Assembly: GCA_963827555.1 (NCBI GenBank) | Contig: CAWHBL010000029.1 | Coordinates: forward strand, 45,054-109,053 | Origin: an uncultured beta proteobacterium | GTDB lineage: Bacteria > Pseudomonadota > Gammaproteobacteria > Burkholderiales > SG8-39 | DNA: 64,000 nt | Direction of reading: 5' to 3' | Shown here: piece by piece, positions 17,832-29,443 of the stretch | Layout: the number at the start of each line of letters is the position of its first letter | How positions within the stretch are numbered: position 1 is the first letter of the stretch | The notes under the pieces: model-generated | The model's input: the letters and a program-made list of their open reading frames with translations, nothing else | Databases searched by the model: none | Told to the model about the DNA's origin: nothing | Translations under genes and position numbers: made by a program

Positions 17832-18680
17832 CTATTTCTCCGTCTCGACCAGGCCCTTCACGAACCACTTCTGCATGAGCACCACCACGATCGCCGGCGG
17901 CAGCATGGCGAGCATCGCGGTCGCCATCACCAGGTTCCATTCGTTCGCCGCGTCGCCGCCGACGATCATCCGCTTGATGCCGATCACCGCCGTGTACATC
18001 GATTCCTCGCTGGTGATCAGCAGCGGCCACAGGTACTGGTTCCAGCCGTAGATGAACTGGATGACGAACAGCGCCGCCATGCTGGTCTTCGACAGCGGCA
18101 CGATGACGTCCCAGAAGAAGCGCAGCGGGCCGGCGCCGTCGATGCGCGCCGCCTCCGCCAGCTCGTCGGGCACCGTGAGGAAGAACTGGCGGAACAGGAA
18201 CGTGGCGGTCGCCGAGGCGATCAGCGGCAGCGTCAGGCCGACGTAGGTGTTGAGCATTCCCAGGTCGGAGACGACCTTGAACGTCGGGATGATGCGCACC
18301 TCGACCGGCAGCATCAGCGTCACGAAGATCATCCAGAAGAAGAAGTAGCGGAACCGGAACCGGAAATAGACGATCGCGAACGACGCGATCATCGAGATCG
18401 TGATCTTGCCGACCGGGATCACGAGCGCCATCACCAGGCTGTTGAACAGCATCCTCGACACCGCCGCCTGCGAGCCCTTGGTGGAGCCGGCCGTCAGCAC
18501 CTGGGAGTAGTTCGCGACGAGCTGGTCCCCCGGCAGGAGCGGCATCGGCACCGACATGATCTGCTCGAGCGTGAGCGTCGAGGCGACGAACGTGACGTAG
18601 AGCGGGAACGCCACGGCGACGACGCCGAGGATCAGCACGCCGTGCGAGAGCACCGTGAGCAGCGGGCGGTTCTCGACCAT
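17832..18680 (-). CDS. ugpE: sn-glycerol-3-phosphate ABC transporter permease
   Basis: Last 282 codons of the 779-aa read-through ORF 17832..20171; ATG at 18680. [21 protein letters not shown] permease loop. Confidence 0.88.
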   Translation of the reverse strand: MVENRPLLTVLSHGVLILGVVAVAFPLYVTFVASTLTLEQIMSVPMPLLPGDQLVANYSQVLTAGSTKGSQAAVSRMLFNSLVMALVIPVGKITISMIASFAIVYFRFRFRYFFFWMIFVTLMLPVEVRIIPTFKVVSDLGMLNTYVGLTLPLIASATATFLFRQFFLTVPDELAEAARIDGAGPLRFFWDVIVPLSKTSMAALFVIQFIYGWNQYLWPLLITSEESMYTAVIGIKRMIVGGDAANEWNLVMATAMLAMLPPAIVVVLMQKWFVKGLVETEK

Positions 18681-18694
18681 GTCGCTCCCGGCTC

Positions 18695-19576
18695 CTAGTA
18701 CTGGACCTTCCGCTCGACGAACCGGAACTGCAGCACGGTGAGCGTGATCACGATGAACATGAGGATCACCGACTGCGCGGACGAGCCGCCGAGGTCGGCC
18801 GCCTTCACGCCGTCGTAGTACACCTTGTAGACGAGGATCTGGGTCGCGCCCGCCGGCCCGCCCTGCGTGGTCGCGTCGATCACGCCGAACGTGTCGAAGA
18901 AGGCGTAGACGATGTTCACCACCAGCAGGAAGAACGTGGTCGGCGAGAGCAGCGGGAAGACCACCGTCCAGAAGCGCCGCGCCGGCCCGGCGCCGTCGAT
19001 CGCCGCCGCCTCGATGAGCGAGCGCGGGATCGACTGCAGGCCGGCGAGGAAGAACAGGAAGTTGTACGAGATCTGCTTCCACACCGACGCGATCACGACG
19101 AGCAGCATCGCCTGGTCGCCGTGGATGATCCAGTTCCAGTCGATGCCGAACCCCTTCAGCACGTGCGTGACGATGCCGATCGAGGGCGCGAACAGGAACG
19201 CCCACAGCACGCCGGCGACCGCGGGCGCCACCGCGTACGGCCAGACGAGCAGCGTCCGGTAGCCGAGCGCGCCGCGGATCACCCGGTCCGCCATGACGGC
19301 GAGCGCGAGGGAGATCGCGAGGCCGACGAGCGCGACCAGCGCGCTGAACACCGCGGTGATCCTGATCGAGTCGAGGTAGCGCGTATCGGCGAAGAGCGCC
19401 GCGAAGTTCGCGAGGCCGACGAACTGGGTCTTCAGCCCGAACGCGTCCTGCAGCTGGAACGAGTACCAGACCGCCTGGGCGGCCGGCCAGAAGAAGAAGA
19501 CGACGGTGATCGCGATCTGCGGCGCGACGAGCGCGTAGGGCAGCCACGCCGACCGGAAGACGACGCGCTTCTCCAT
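18695..19576 (-). CDS. ugpA: sn-glycerol-3-phosphate ABC transporter permease
   Basis: 293 aa, multi-span. [22 protein letters not shown] (EAA loop). Confidence 0.88.
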   Translation of the reverse strand: MEKRVVFRSAWLPYALVAPQIAITVVFFFWPAAQAVWYSFQLQDAFGLKTQFVGLANFAALFADTRYLDSIRITAVFSALVALVGLAISLALAVMADRVIRGALGYRTLLVWPYAVAPAVAGVLWAFLFAPSIGIVTHVLKGFGIDWNWIIHGDQAMLLVVIASVWKQISYNFLFFLAGLQSIPRSLIEAAAIDGAGPARRFWTVVFPLLSPTTFFLLVVNIVYAFFDTFGVIDATTQGGPAGATQILVYKVYYDGVKAADLGGSSAQSVILMFIVITLTVLQFRFVERKVQY

Positions 19577-19645
19577 CGGCGGGGCTGAGCGGAGGGGGGC
19601 GGCGGTGCGCGGGCCGGGGCGCTCGCCCGCCCGGCCGCGACCGCG

Positions 19646-20955
19646 TTACTTGTTCGCCGCCTCGAACTTGCGCAGGATCTCGTTGCCGCGCTTGACCGCG
19701 TCGTCGAGCGCGGTCTTCGCGTCCTTCTTGCCGGCGAACACCGCCTCCATCTCCTCCTCGATCACCTCGCGCCCCTGCACGAAGTTGCCGAAGCGCAGGC
19801 CCTTGGAGTTCTCGGTCGGCGGCTTGTTGGTGAGCTGGCGCACCGGCAGGTCCGCGCCGGGGTTCTTGTCGTAGAAGCCGGACTTGCGGGTGAGCTCGTA
19901 GGAGGCCTGCGTGATCGGGACGTAGCCGGTGCTGGTGTGCCAGTCCATCTGCACCTCCGGCCGCGAGAGGAAGGCGAGGAACCGCGCCACGCCCTTGTAT
20001 TCCTCCGGCTTCTTGCCGCCCATCACCCACACCGACGCCCCGCCGATGATCGAGTTCTGCGGCGCGCCGGCGACGTCGTCGTGGTAGGGGATGAAGTTCA
20101 TCGACCAGTCGAACTTGGCCGCCTTCCTGATCCCCGCCTGTGCGCCCGCGCTGCCGGTGAACATCGCGCACTCGCCGCTCGAGAACTTGGCGTCGCCCTG
20201 GTTGGTGCGGCCGGCGTAGGTGAAGAGGCCCTTCTTCGACAGCTCGCCGAGCATCCCGACGTGGCGCACGTGCAGCGGCGAGTTCACCGTGAACTGGCGT
20301 CGAGCCCGCCCATGCCGTTCTGCTTCGTGCCGACCGGCACGTTGTGCCAGGCGCCGAAGTTCTCGATGTGCATCCACGACGGCCAGCTCGTCGTGTAGGT
20401 GCATTCCTGGCCCGACGCCTTGAGCTTCTCGGCGGCCGCGACGACCTCCTTCCAGGTCCGCGGCGCCCGGTTCGGGTCGAGGCCCGCCTTCTTGAAGGCG
20501 TCCTTGTTGATGTAGAACATCACCGTCGAGCTGTTGAAGGGGAACGACAGCATGTTGCCCTGGAGGTCGGTGTAGTAGCCGGTGACCGTCGGCAGGTAGG
20601 CCTTCGGGTCGAACGGCTCTTTCGCGTCGGCCATCAGCTTCGCCACCGGCACGACCGCGCCCTTGGCGGCCATCATGGTCGCGGTGCCGACCTCGAACAC
20701 CTGCAGCATGTGGGGCGCGTTGCCGGCGCGGAACGCCGCGATCGCCGCGGTCATGGACTCCGGGTACGACCCCTTGAAGGTGGGCACGATCTTGTAGTCC
20801 TTCTGGCTCGCGTTGAACTTCGCGGCGAGCCCGTTGAGCGCCTCGCCGAGCGCGCCGCCCATCGAGTGCCACCACTGGATCTCGGTCTGCGCGTGGGCGG
20901 GTATCGCGAGCAGTCCCGCGCTCGCCAGCGCGGCCGCAAAGGTTCCGATGCGCAT
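19646..20955 (-). pseudogene. ugpB: sn-glycerol-3-phosphate-binding periplasmic protein, reading frame broken once
   Basis: ATG 20955 after AGGAGG. N-terminal 224 codons (MRIGTFAAALASAGLLAIPAHAQTEIQWWHSMGG...GLDA) are in one frame, the rest (QFTVNSPLHVRHVGML...KFEAANK) in another. Junction at about 20294-20300. Span is 1310 nt (not a multiple of 3). Collinear with E. coli UgpB as I recall it. Confidence 0.85.
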
Positions 20956-21021
20956 GGGCTCTCCTCCTGTTTCGATGCCGGCTCTGCCGGTTGACCGGGC
21001 GCCGCAGTATAGCCAAATCGC

Positions 21022-22465
21022 ATGGCGCGAATGCGGCACGCCCGGTCCCGCGCCACAATCGCGCCCGTGACAGCGCTCCTACCACCGCGGCTGATCGCGC
21101 CGCTCCTCGCCGCGATCCTGGTGCCGCTCGTCGCCCTGGCGTTCGCGGAGCGCGCGCTGCGCGAGCTGGAGGGCGCGCAGAACGCGACGGCCGCCGCGCT
21201 CGCCGCGCCCGCCGCGGCCGAGGAGGTTGTCGGCCTTGTCGTGAGCGCGGAAGCGGGGCTGCGCGAGTATTTCACGGCCGGGCGGCAGGAGGCGCTGAAG
21301 ATCTACGCCACCGCGACGGCGCAGATCGGGCGCCCAATGGAGGTGCTCGGCCAGCCGATGCGGGCCGGCGACGCCGCACCGCCGGAAACGGTGGCGCGCT
21401 TCCAGAAGCTCGTCGCGGAGAAGCTCGGGGAGCTGGCCCACGCCGCCGACCTGTTCAGGCAGGGCGCGCGCGCGCAGGCGTTCGAGGTGCTGGTGACCGG
21501 TCGCGGGCGCATGGACGAGCTCCGCGCCGCGGCGCGCGCGGTCGCCGACGAGGCGCCGCGGCTCGCGACGCTCGGCGCGGCGGGCGGGCACCGACCGCAT
21601 CCTGAAAGCGCGGATCGCGACCGGTCTGCTCGCGGCGTTCTCGGTGGCGCTCGTCTTCATCGTCGGGATGTTTTCGCGGCGCGAGGTGAACGAGCGCGAG
21701 CGGCGGACGCAGAGGATGCTCGCCGACCGCAACCGGCTGGAGCGCGCCGTGGAGCAGCGGACCGCCGAGATCTCGGAGCTGTCGCACCACCTGCAGCAGA
21801 TCAGCGAGGCGGAGCGCGCGAAGCTCGCACGCGACATCCACGACGAGCTCGGCAGCCTGCTCGTCGCCGGCAAGATGGACGCGGCGTGGGTGCAGAACCG
21901 GGTGCGTGGCACCGACGCGCCGGCGGCGGCGAAGCTCGCGGGGCTGCTCGGGGTGCTCGACCAGGCGATCGCGATCAAGCGGCGGGTGACCGAGGAGCTC
22001 CATCCGACGCTGCTCGACAGCCTCGGCCTCGGCGCGGCGATCCAGTGGCACGTGAAGGAGGTCTGCGACCGCGCCGGGCTCGTGCCGGACGTCAAGGTGC
22101 CGGCGCCGGGGATCGAGCTGCCGGGGCAGGTCGCGGTCGCGCTCTTCCGCATCGTCCAGGAGGCGCTCACGAACACCGTCAAGTACGCGCGGGCTCGCAC
22201 GGTGACCGTCGCGCTCTCGCGCAGCCCGGCGGGGGTGGCGCTCGTCGTCGCGGACGACGGGGTCGGGCTGCCGCCGCCCGCGGAGCGGCGCGATGCGGCG
22301 CACGGCATGCTCGGGATGCGCGAGCGCGTGCGGGCGCTCCGCGGCGAGCTGGTGATCAAGTCGCAGCCGAACGCCGGGACGTCGATCGAGGTGTTCGTGC
22401 CGATGGCCGCGGGCCGCGGCGACGCCGCGCCCTCGGTCCCGCCGTCGCAGCCCGGCGAGAGCTAG
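21022..22465 (+). pseudogene. Sensor histidine kinase, CHASE3 sensor + HisKA_3/HATPase_c, reading frame broken once
   Basis: N-terminal part in ORF 21022.. (TM, AEAGLREYFTAGRQEALKIY, GRGRMDELRAAA = CHASE3-like). C-terminal part in ORF 21644..22465 (second TM, ERAKLARDIHDELGS H-box, QEALTNTVKYA, DDGVGL, GMRERV). Frame change at about 21575-21595. Confidence 0.8.
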
Positions 22466-22872
22466 TCCGCGCGCCGCGCGTCCGCCATCGCGACGAGCAG
22501 CTCCCGGAGCCGGTCGTAGTCGGTGCCCTTGTCGAGGACGTGGTCGGCGCCGAGCTGCGTGCACTCGTCGCGGAAGTGCGGTATGGCGTAGTTGGTGTAG
22601 ATGATGACCTTGCGCCCGGCCGGGCGGACGGCGGCGAGCGAGCGCAGCACCCCGAACCCGGTTCCCTCGCGGAGGCGGAGATCGAGCACCAACGCGTCCC
22701 ACGGGCGGCCGGCGAGCGCCGCGGTCGCCTCGCGCTCGTTGTCCGCGTGACCGACGACCTCGATCCGCCCCGGGGCGTCGAGCGACTCGTAGATCCGGTT
22801 GCGGAGCTGCGGCGAGTCCTCGACCAGGAACACCTTCACCGTGCCGGCGGACGTGGGGGTTGTCGTGGTCAT
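22462..22872 (-). CDS. Response regulator, receiver domain only (CheY-like)
   Basis: ATG 22872 in ORF 22462..23121. VKVFLVEDSPQL, ALVLDLRLREGTGF, IIYTN...K. No output domain. Stop codon overlaps the kinase stop on the opposite strand (CTAG). Confidence 0.85.
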   Translation of the reverse strand: MTTTTPTSAGTVKVFLVEDSPQLRNRIYESLDAPGRIEVVGHADNEREATAALAGRPWDALVLDLRLREGTGFGVLRSLAAVRPAGRKVIIYTNYAIPHFRDECTQLGADHVLDKGTDYDRLRELLVAMADARRAD

Positions 22873-23023
22873 GACGAGAGCATGCTGGTCGGAGGAGCGG
22901 CAGTGTAGCAGGCCGGGCGGGGGGCGGTAGCTGCGCTCGCCCACCCGTGCCGGACGCGAACCGCGTGCAGCAGCGAATACCTTACACTCCGGCCCGGAGC
23001 GGACAACGCGAAGGACGACTGGC

Positions 23024-24001
23024 TTGCGACGCATCCTCGTCACCGGCGGCGCCGGCTTCATCGGCTCGCACCTGTGCGAGCGGCTGCTGGCGCAGGGCAA
23101 CGAAGTGCTCTGCGCCGACAACTTCTACACCGGCGGCAAGCACAACATCCGCGCCCTGCTCGACGAGCCGTACTTCGAGCTCGTCCGGCACGACGTCACC
23201 TTCCCGCTCTACGTCGAGGTCGACGAGATCTACAACCTCGCCTGCCCGGCGGCGCCGATCCACTACCAGTTCGACCCGGTGCAGACCACCAAGACCTCGG
23301 TGCACGGCGCGATCAACATGCTCGGGCTGGCGAAGCGCCTGCGGGTGCCGATCCTGCAGGCGTCGACGAGCGAGGTGTACGGCGACCCGGAGGTGCACCC
23401 GCAGACCGAAAGCTACTGGGGCCGCGTCAACCCGATCGGCCCGCGCTCCTGCTACGACGAGGGCAAGCGCTGCGCCGAAACCCTGTTCTTCGATTACCGC
23501 CGCCAGCACCGCCTGTCGATCAAGGTGGCGCGGATCTTCAACACCTACGGCCCGCGGATGCACGTCCACGACGGCCGCGTGGTGTCCAACTTCATCGTGC
23601 AGGCGCTGCGTGGCGAGCCGATCACGATCTACGGCGACGGCAGCCAGACGCGTTCGTTCTGTTACGTCGACGACCTGGTCGACGCGCTCGTGCGGCTCAT
23701 GGCGACGCCCGACGAGGTGACCGGCCCGATCAACCTCGGCAACCCGTCGGAGATGACGGTCAAGGCGCTCGCCGAGCGGGTGATCGCCCTCACCGGCTCG
23801 CGGTCGCGGATCGAGTATCGCCCGCTGCCCGAGGACGACCCGAAGCAGCGCCAGCCGGACATCGCGCGCGCGCGCGCGACCCTCGGCTGGACGCCGACCA
23901 CCGCGCTCGAGGAAGGCCTCGCGAAGACCGTGGCGTACTTCGACCGGCTCCTCAAGAGCGGCGAGGCGACGCCGGATCTCTCCCGGCGCGCCGCCGGCTG
24001 A
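23024..24001 (+). CDS. UDP-glucuronate decarboxylase (UDP-xylose synthase), SDR family
   Basis: 325 aa from [79 protein letters not shown]. Confidence 0.88.
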   Translation: MRRILVTGGAGFIGSHLCERLLAQGNEVLCADNFYTGGKHNIRALLDEPYFELVRHDVTFPLYVEVDEIYNLACPAAPIHYQFDPVQTTKTSVHGAINMLGLAKRLRVPILQASTSEVYGDPEVHPQTESYWGRVNPIGPRSCYDEGKRCAETLFFDYRRQHRLSIKVARIFNTYGPRMHVHDGRVVSNFIVQALRGEPITIYGDGSQTRSFCYVDDLVDALVRLMATPDEVTGPINLGNPSEMTVKALAERVIALTGSRSRIEYRPLPEDDPKQRQPDIARARATLGWTPTTALEEGLAKTVAYFDRLLKSGEATPDLSRRAAG

Positions 24002-24005
24002 GGCG

Positions 24006-24981
24006 ATGCCCGCGATCCTGGTGACCGGCGGCGCCGGCTACGTCGGCAGCCACGCCTGCAAGGCGCTCGCGGCGGCCGGGTACACGCCGGTCGTCTACGA
24101 CAACCTCGGCCGCGGCCACCGCGAGCTGGTGCGCTGGGGCCCGCTCGAGGTCGGCGAGCTCGCCGACGGGGCGCGCCTCGACGAGGTCTTCGCCCGGCAT
24201 CGTCCCGAAGCGGTGATGCACTTCGCGGCGTTCGCCTACGTCGGCGAGTCGGTGCAGGACCCGGCGCGCTACTGGCGCAACAACGTCGGCGGGACGCTCG
24301 AGCTCGCCGAGGCGATGCGGCGCGCCGGCGTCGGCACGCTGGTGTTCTCGAGCACCTGCTCCACCTACGGCGTGCCGGAGCGCATGCCGATCGCCGAGGA
24401 CGCGCCGCAGCGTCCGATCAATCCCTACGGCGCCACGAAGCTCGCGATCGAGCGCATGCTCGCCGACTACGACGCGGCGTACGGGCTGCGCTCCGCGAGC
24501 CTGCGGTACTTCAACGCCGCCGGCTGCGATCCGGACGGCGAGACCGGCGAGCTGCACGATCCCGAAACGCACGTCATCCCGCGCGTGCTGATGGCGGCCG
24601 CGGGCGAGCTCCCCCATGTCGAGGTCTTCGGCACCGATTACCCGACGCCCGACGGCACCTGCCTGCGCGACTACGTGCACGTCGCCGATCTGGCCCAGGG
24701 ACACGTCCAGGCGCTCGACTACCTCAAGCGCGGCGGCGCGACCACTGCGGTAAACCTGGGCACGGGCCGGGCGTTCTCGGTCCGCGAGGTGATCGCGGCG
24801 GCCGCAGCAGGTCACCGCGCGCCGCATCCCGGTGCGCGAGGGGCCGCGGCGGGCGGGTGATCCGCCGGTCCTGGTCGCCGACCCCGCGCGCGCCCGCGCG
24901 CTGCTCGGCTTCGCGCCGCGCTACACCGAGCTCGCGCCGATCGTCGCGACCGCCTGGCGCTGGCACTCCCGCCCGCGATGA
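24006..24981 (+). pseudogene. UDP-sugar 4-epimerase (GalE family), reading frame broken once near the 3' end
   Basis: VTGGAGYVGSH, SSTCSTYG, YGATKL, LRYFNAAG, DYPTPDGTCLRDYVHV in ORF 24006..24860. The conserved tail [35 protein letters not shown]...WRWHSRPR is in the next frame and ends at 24981. Junction at about 24800-24812. Confidence 0.82.
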
Positions 24982-25995
24982 CCGCGCGCAAGGTCCTGGT
25001 GTCGGTCGTCGTCCCCTGCTTCAACGAGGAGGCGGTGATCGGCCTCACCCACCAGCGCCTGGTCGAGGCGCTCGGCGAGCACGCCGTCGCTCGACCTGGA
25101 GATCGTCTACGTCAACGACGGCAGCCGCGACCGCACCGAGGAGCTCCTCTTCGCGCTCGCCGACCGCGATCCACGCGTCAAGGTGGTGTCGTTCACGCGC
25201 AACTTCGGCCACCAGCCGGCGGTGTCCGCCGGCCTCGAGTACGCGAGCGGCGACGCGGTGGCGGTGATCGACGCCGACCTGCAGGACCCGCCGGAGGTCA
25301 TCCTGCGCCTGGTGGAGAAGTGGCGGGAGGGGTACGACGTCGTGAACGCGGTGCGCGAGAAGCGCAAGGAGGGCGTCGCCAAGCGCTTCGCGTACGCACT
25401 GTTCTACAAGCTCTACCGCCGGCTCGCGAGCATCGACGTCCCGCTCGACAGCGGCGACTTCGCGCTGATGGACCGGCGCGTGGTCGACGTCATGAACGCA
25501 CTGCCGGAGAAGAACCGCTTCGTGCGCGGCCTGCGGTCGTGGTCGGGCTTCCGGCAGACCGGAGTCGCCTACGAGCGCGCCGCGCGCGCGGCGGGCGAGA
25601 CCAAGTACAGCTTCCGGAAGCTGCTGCTGCTTGCGTTCGACGGCATCGTCAACTTCTCCACCGCGCCGCTCAGCTTCATCTTCGGGCTCGGCATCGTCAC
25701 CGCGGTGATCGCGATGTGCGCGGGGGCCATCTATCTCGCCGCGCGGATCTTCGCGATCCCGATCTTCGGCTACACCCCGGGCGAGGCGCCCGGCTTCACC
25801 ACCCTCATCCTCACGATCCTCTTCTTCAGCGGCGTCCAGCTCATCTCGATCGGCATCCTGGGCGAATACCTCGGCCGGATCTACCAGGAGATCAAGATGC
25901 GGCCGACGTTCGTGGTGAAGGAGGTGCGGGGCGGCGGACAGGCCACCGCGGCCGAACGCCCCCGGCCGGGCGAGCGGGCCGCCAGGGTGGTGTGA
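24978..25995 (+). pseudogene. Family 2 glycosyltransferase, polyprenyl-phosphate sugar transferase type (ArnC/DPM1-like), reading frame broken once
   Basis: ATG overlaps the epimerase stop (ATGA). VSVVVPCFNEE in the first frame; LDLEIVYVNDGSRD, VIDADLQDPPE and two C-terminal TM helices in ORF 25183..25995 frame. Junction at about 25086-25092. Confidence 0.82.
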
Positions 25996-26096
25996 CCGCG
26001 CGATACCGGAGCGGCAACCTGCTGTTTTCAGGCCGAAAACCCGAAATCGGGTGGCCGGGAGGCGGTCCCGGGCCGAACGTCGTCCCCGCTCCGGGT

Positions 26097-26112
26097 CTGT
26101 AAAAACTGACAG
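26097..26112 (+). promoter_or_regulatory. LexA (SOS) box upstream of recA
   Basis: CTGTAAAAACTGACAG fits CTGT-N8-ACAG exactly. A second degenerate copy, CTGAACGTAAAACCAG, abuts it at 26113-26128. Confidence 0.6.
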
Positions 26113-26134
26113 CTGAACGTAAAACCAGTATTCT
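26106..26134 (+). promoter_or_regulatory. Candidate sigma70 promoter of recA overlapped by the SOS boxes
   Basis: CTGACA (26106-26111), 17-nt spacer, TATTCT (26129-26134), about 190 nt upstream of the recA ATG. Confidence 0.4.
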
Positions 26135-26324
26135 AGGCCGCGTGCGCACCGCCGGCCGTGCTTCGCTCCGCCCCGGCCCCCGTCCCCGCGACGAGGCATC
26201 TCGCGCCGTTTCGCGGGGTGGCTCGCGCCGTGAGCCACCTGCTCCCGCACAATCCCCATCGCTCGAACCGCCAAACCTTTATGGGAGAATAGCCGTGCCA
26301 TCCGATCACAACGTCGTCAACCTC

Positions 26325-27356
<1,032 letters not shown>

Positions 27357-27360
27357 CCGG

Positions 27361-27812
27361 CTGCGAACGAAACCGACCCTGCGGGCGCGGGCGGTCGCGC
27401 TCCTCGCGCGCCGCGAGCACACGCGCGCCGAGCTCGCGGCCAAGCTCGGCCGCGACTCCGGCGACGAGCGCGAGATAGCGCCCCTCCTGGACGAGCTCGC
27501 CCGCAAGAAGCTCCTTTCCGACGACCGCTACGCCGACGCCCGGGCGCACGCGCTCGGGCGCAAGTTCGGCGTCGCGCGCATCGAGCACGAGCTGCGCGCG
27601 CGTGGCGTAGAGCGCCGGCGCGATCGCGCGCGCCACCAGCGGACGCTCGCGCGACCGAAGTCAGCCGCGCCCGGGAAGCCTGGCGCCGCCGGTTCGGCGT
27701 CCCACCGGCCGACCCGCTCGAGAAGGCGAAGCAGATGCGCTTCCTGCGCGGGCGCGGGTTCTCGTTCGAGGCGATCCGGCAGGTGATCGCCGGCGCGGAC
27801 GGCGACGACTAG
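27361..27812 (+). pseudogene. recX: Recombination regulator RecX; no canonical start codon and frame broken mid-gene
   Basis: RTKPTLRARAVALLARREHTRAELAAKL...LLSDDRYADARAH...IEHELRARGVE in one frame. ADARATEVSRAREAWRRRFGVPPADPLEKAKQMRFLRGRGFSFEAIRQVI...stop 27812 in another. Break(s) between about 27610 and 27660. The codon where homologues start is CTG (27361). Span is 452 nt. Confidence 0.75.
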
Positions 27813-28214
27813 ATGCCCCGCGGCTTCTGGCTGATCGTCCTCTTCCTCATCGCCCTCGCCGGTGCGGCCTGGCACTTCTGGGACGATCTGCGCCCGCAGC
27901 TCACGGGCGGCAGCGGGCCCGAGATCACGCCGATCCCTTCGATCGTCGCCGCACCGGTCCGTTACGACGGCAAGGAGGTGACGGTGAAGGGCGTCGTCAA
28001 CTCGACGAGCGACATCCGTCTCGCGAGCGGCGCCGGCTCGCGCAGCTACACGCTGAAGGAAGGCAACGTCGAGATCGTCGTCGTCCCGCGCGACGCGCTG
28101 CCGGCGCGCGGCCAGTCTTACACGGTGACCGGCAAGGTTTCCCGGCCGCCGGGCAGCCCAGGGGCTCGCGCCCGCGCCTCGCCGAAACGAAAGCGCGAGC
28201 GCACTGCCCGTTGA
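27813..28214 (+). CDS. Hypothetical membrane-anchored protein
   Basis: 133 aa. N-terminal TM FWLIVLFLIALAGAAW, then a small beta-rich domain. The Arg/Pro-rich tail may not be genuine. Confidence 0.5.
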   Translation: MPRGFWLIVLFLIALAGAAWHFWDDLRPQLTGGSGPEITPIPSIVAAPVRYDGKEVTVKGVVNSTSDIRLASGAGSRSYTLKEGNVEIVVVPRDALPARGQSYTVTGKVSRPPGSPGARARASPKRKRERTAR

Positions 28215-28762
28215 GGCCCCGGATGTCCCTCGTCAGGCGCTGCGAGCCGGCCGACTTCGCCGCGATCCTCGAGATCGTGAACGACGCCGCCCGGGCCTAC
28301 CGGGGCCACATCCCCGCCGACCGCTGGCACGAGCCGTACATGCCGGCGGACGAGCTCGCGCGCGAGCTCGCGGCCGGCGTGGTCTTCTGGGGCTGGGAGG
28401 AGGCCGGGTCGCTCGCCGGCGTGATGGGACTCCAGGACGTCCGCGACGTCGCGCTGATCCGGCACGCGTACGTCGCGACCGCGCTGCGCGGCCGGGGCAT
28501 CGGCGGCGAGCTGCTCGCGCACCTCCTCGCCGGGACCACGCGGCCGGTGCTCGTCGGCACCTGGGCCGCGGCGACGTGGGCGATCGGCTTCTACGAGAAG
28601 CACGGCTTCGAGCGCGTCGGCACGGCCGAGAAGGAACGGCTGCTGCGGGCGTACTGGGCGATCCCCGAGCGGCAGATCGAGACCTCGGTGGTGCTCGTCG
28701 ATGCGCGCTGGCGTAGACTTCGCCCGTCCCCCGACACCCCCCAGCAGGAGGAGCCGCCATGA
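28211..28762 (+). CDS. GNAT family N-acetyltransferase
   Basis: 183 aa (TTG 28211; ATG 28223 also possible). RHAYVATALRGRGIGGELL acetyl-CoA motif, FYEKHGFE. Confidence 0.8.
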   Translation: MRPRMSLVRRCEPADFAAILEIVNDAARAYRGHIPADRWHEPYMPADELARELAAGVVFWGWEEAGSLAGVMGLQDVRDVALIRHAYVATALRGRGIGGELLAHLLAGTTRPVLVGTWAAATWAIGFYEKHGFERVGTAEKERLLRAYWAIPERQIETSVVLVDARWRRLRPSPDTPQQEEPP

Positions 28763-29433
28763 AGCTCTACTATCACCCCGCGTCGACCACCAGCCGGATC
28801 GTCATGCTGTGCGCCGCCGAGGAGAACATCGCCCTCGAGTACCAGGTCGTCGATCTCTTCACCGGCGAGCACATGAAGCCGCCCTACGCGGCGAAGAACC
28901 CGAGCTGCCTGGTGCCGATGATCGAGGACGGCGATTTCCGCCTCACCGAGTGCTCGACCATCATCAAGTACCTGGTGGATCAGGCCGGCGGGGGCTCCTA
29001 TCCGAAGGAAGCGCGCGCGCGGGCGAAGGTCAACGAGATGATGGACTGGTTCAACACCAACCTCTACCGCGACTTCGCCTACGGGCTCGTGTACCCGCAG
29101 GCGTTCCCGACGCACAAGCGCCGCAGCGACGAGGCGCAGGCGTCGACGCTCGAGTGGGGCAAGGAGAAGTCGAAGGTGTGGCTGAAGGTCCTCGACGAGA
29201 ACCTGATCGGCCCGAAGAAGGCGTACCTGATGGGCGATGCGATCACCGTCGCCGACTACCTCGGCGGGGAGATGGTGGGGCTCGGCGACCTGATCCGGTG
29301 CAACTACTCGGCCTACCCGAACGTCGAGCGCTGGATGCGGAACATCAAGGCGCTCAAGAGCTGGCCCAAGGTGAACGAGGTCTTCTACGGCTTCGCCGGG
29401 TCGCTCAAGGACGCGAAGTTCGTCGCGATCTAG
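28759..29433 (+). CDS. Glutathione S-transferase family protein
   Basis: 224 aa. ATGA overlap with the GNAT stop. MKLYYHPASTTS, CLVPMIEDGDFRLTECSTIIKYL. Confidence 0.82.
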   Translation: MKLYYHPASTTSRIVMLCAAEENIALEYQVVDLFTGEHMKPPYAAKNPSCLVPMIEDGDFRLTECSTIIKYLVDQAGGGSYPKEARARAKVNEMMDWFNTNLYRDFAYGLVYPQAFPTHKRRSDEAQASTLEWGKEKSKVWLKVLDENLIGPKKAYLMGDAITVADYLGGEMVGLGDLIRCNYSAYPNVERWMRNIKALKSWPKVNEVFYGFAGSLKDAKFVAI

Positions 29434-29443
29434 AGGGGGCGCC

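Noticed and set aside
17832-20171. 779-aa ORF suggesting a giant fusion upstream of ugpE
   Set aside because: Only the last 282 codons (from ATG 18680) are UgpE. The upstream part is an out-of-frame read-through across ugpA and ugpB.
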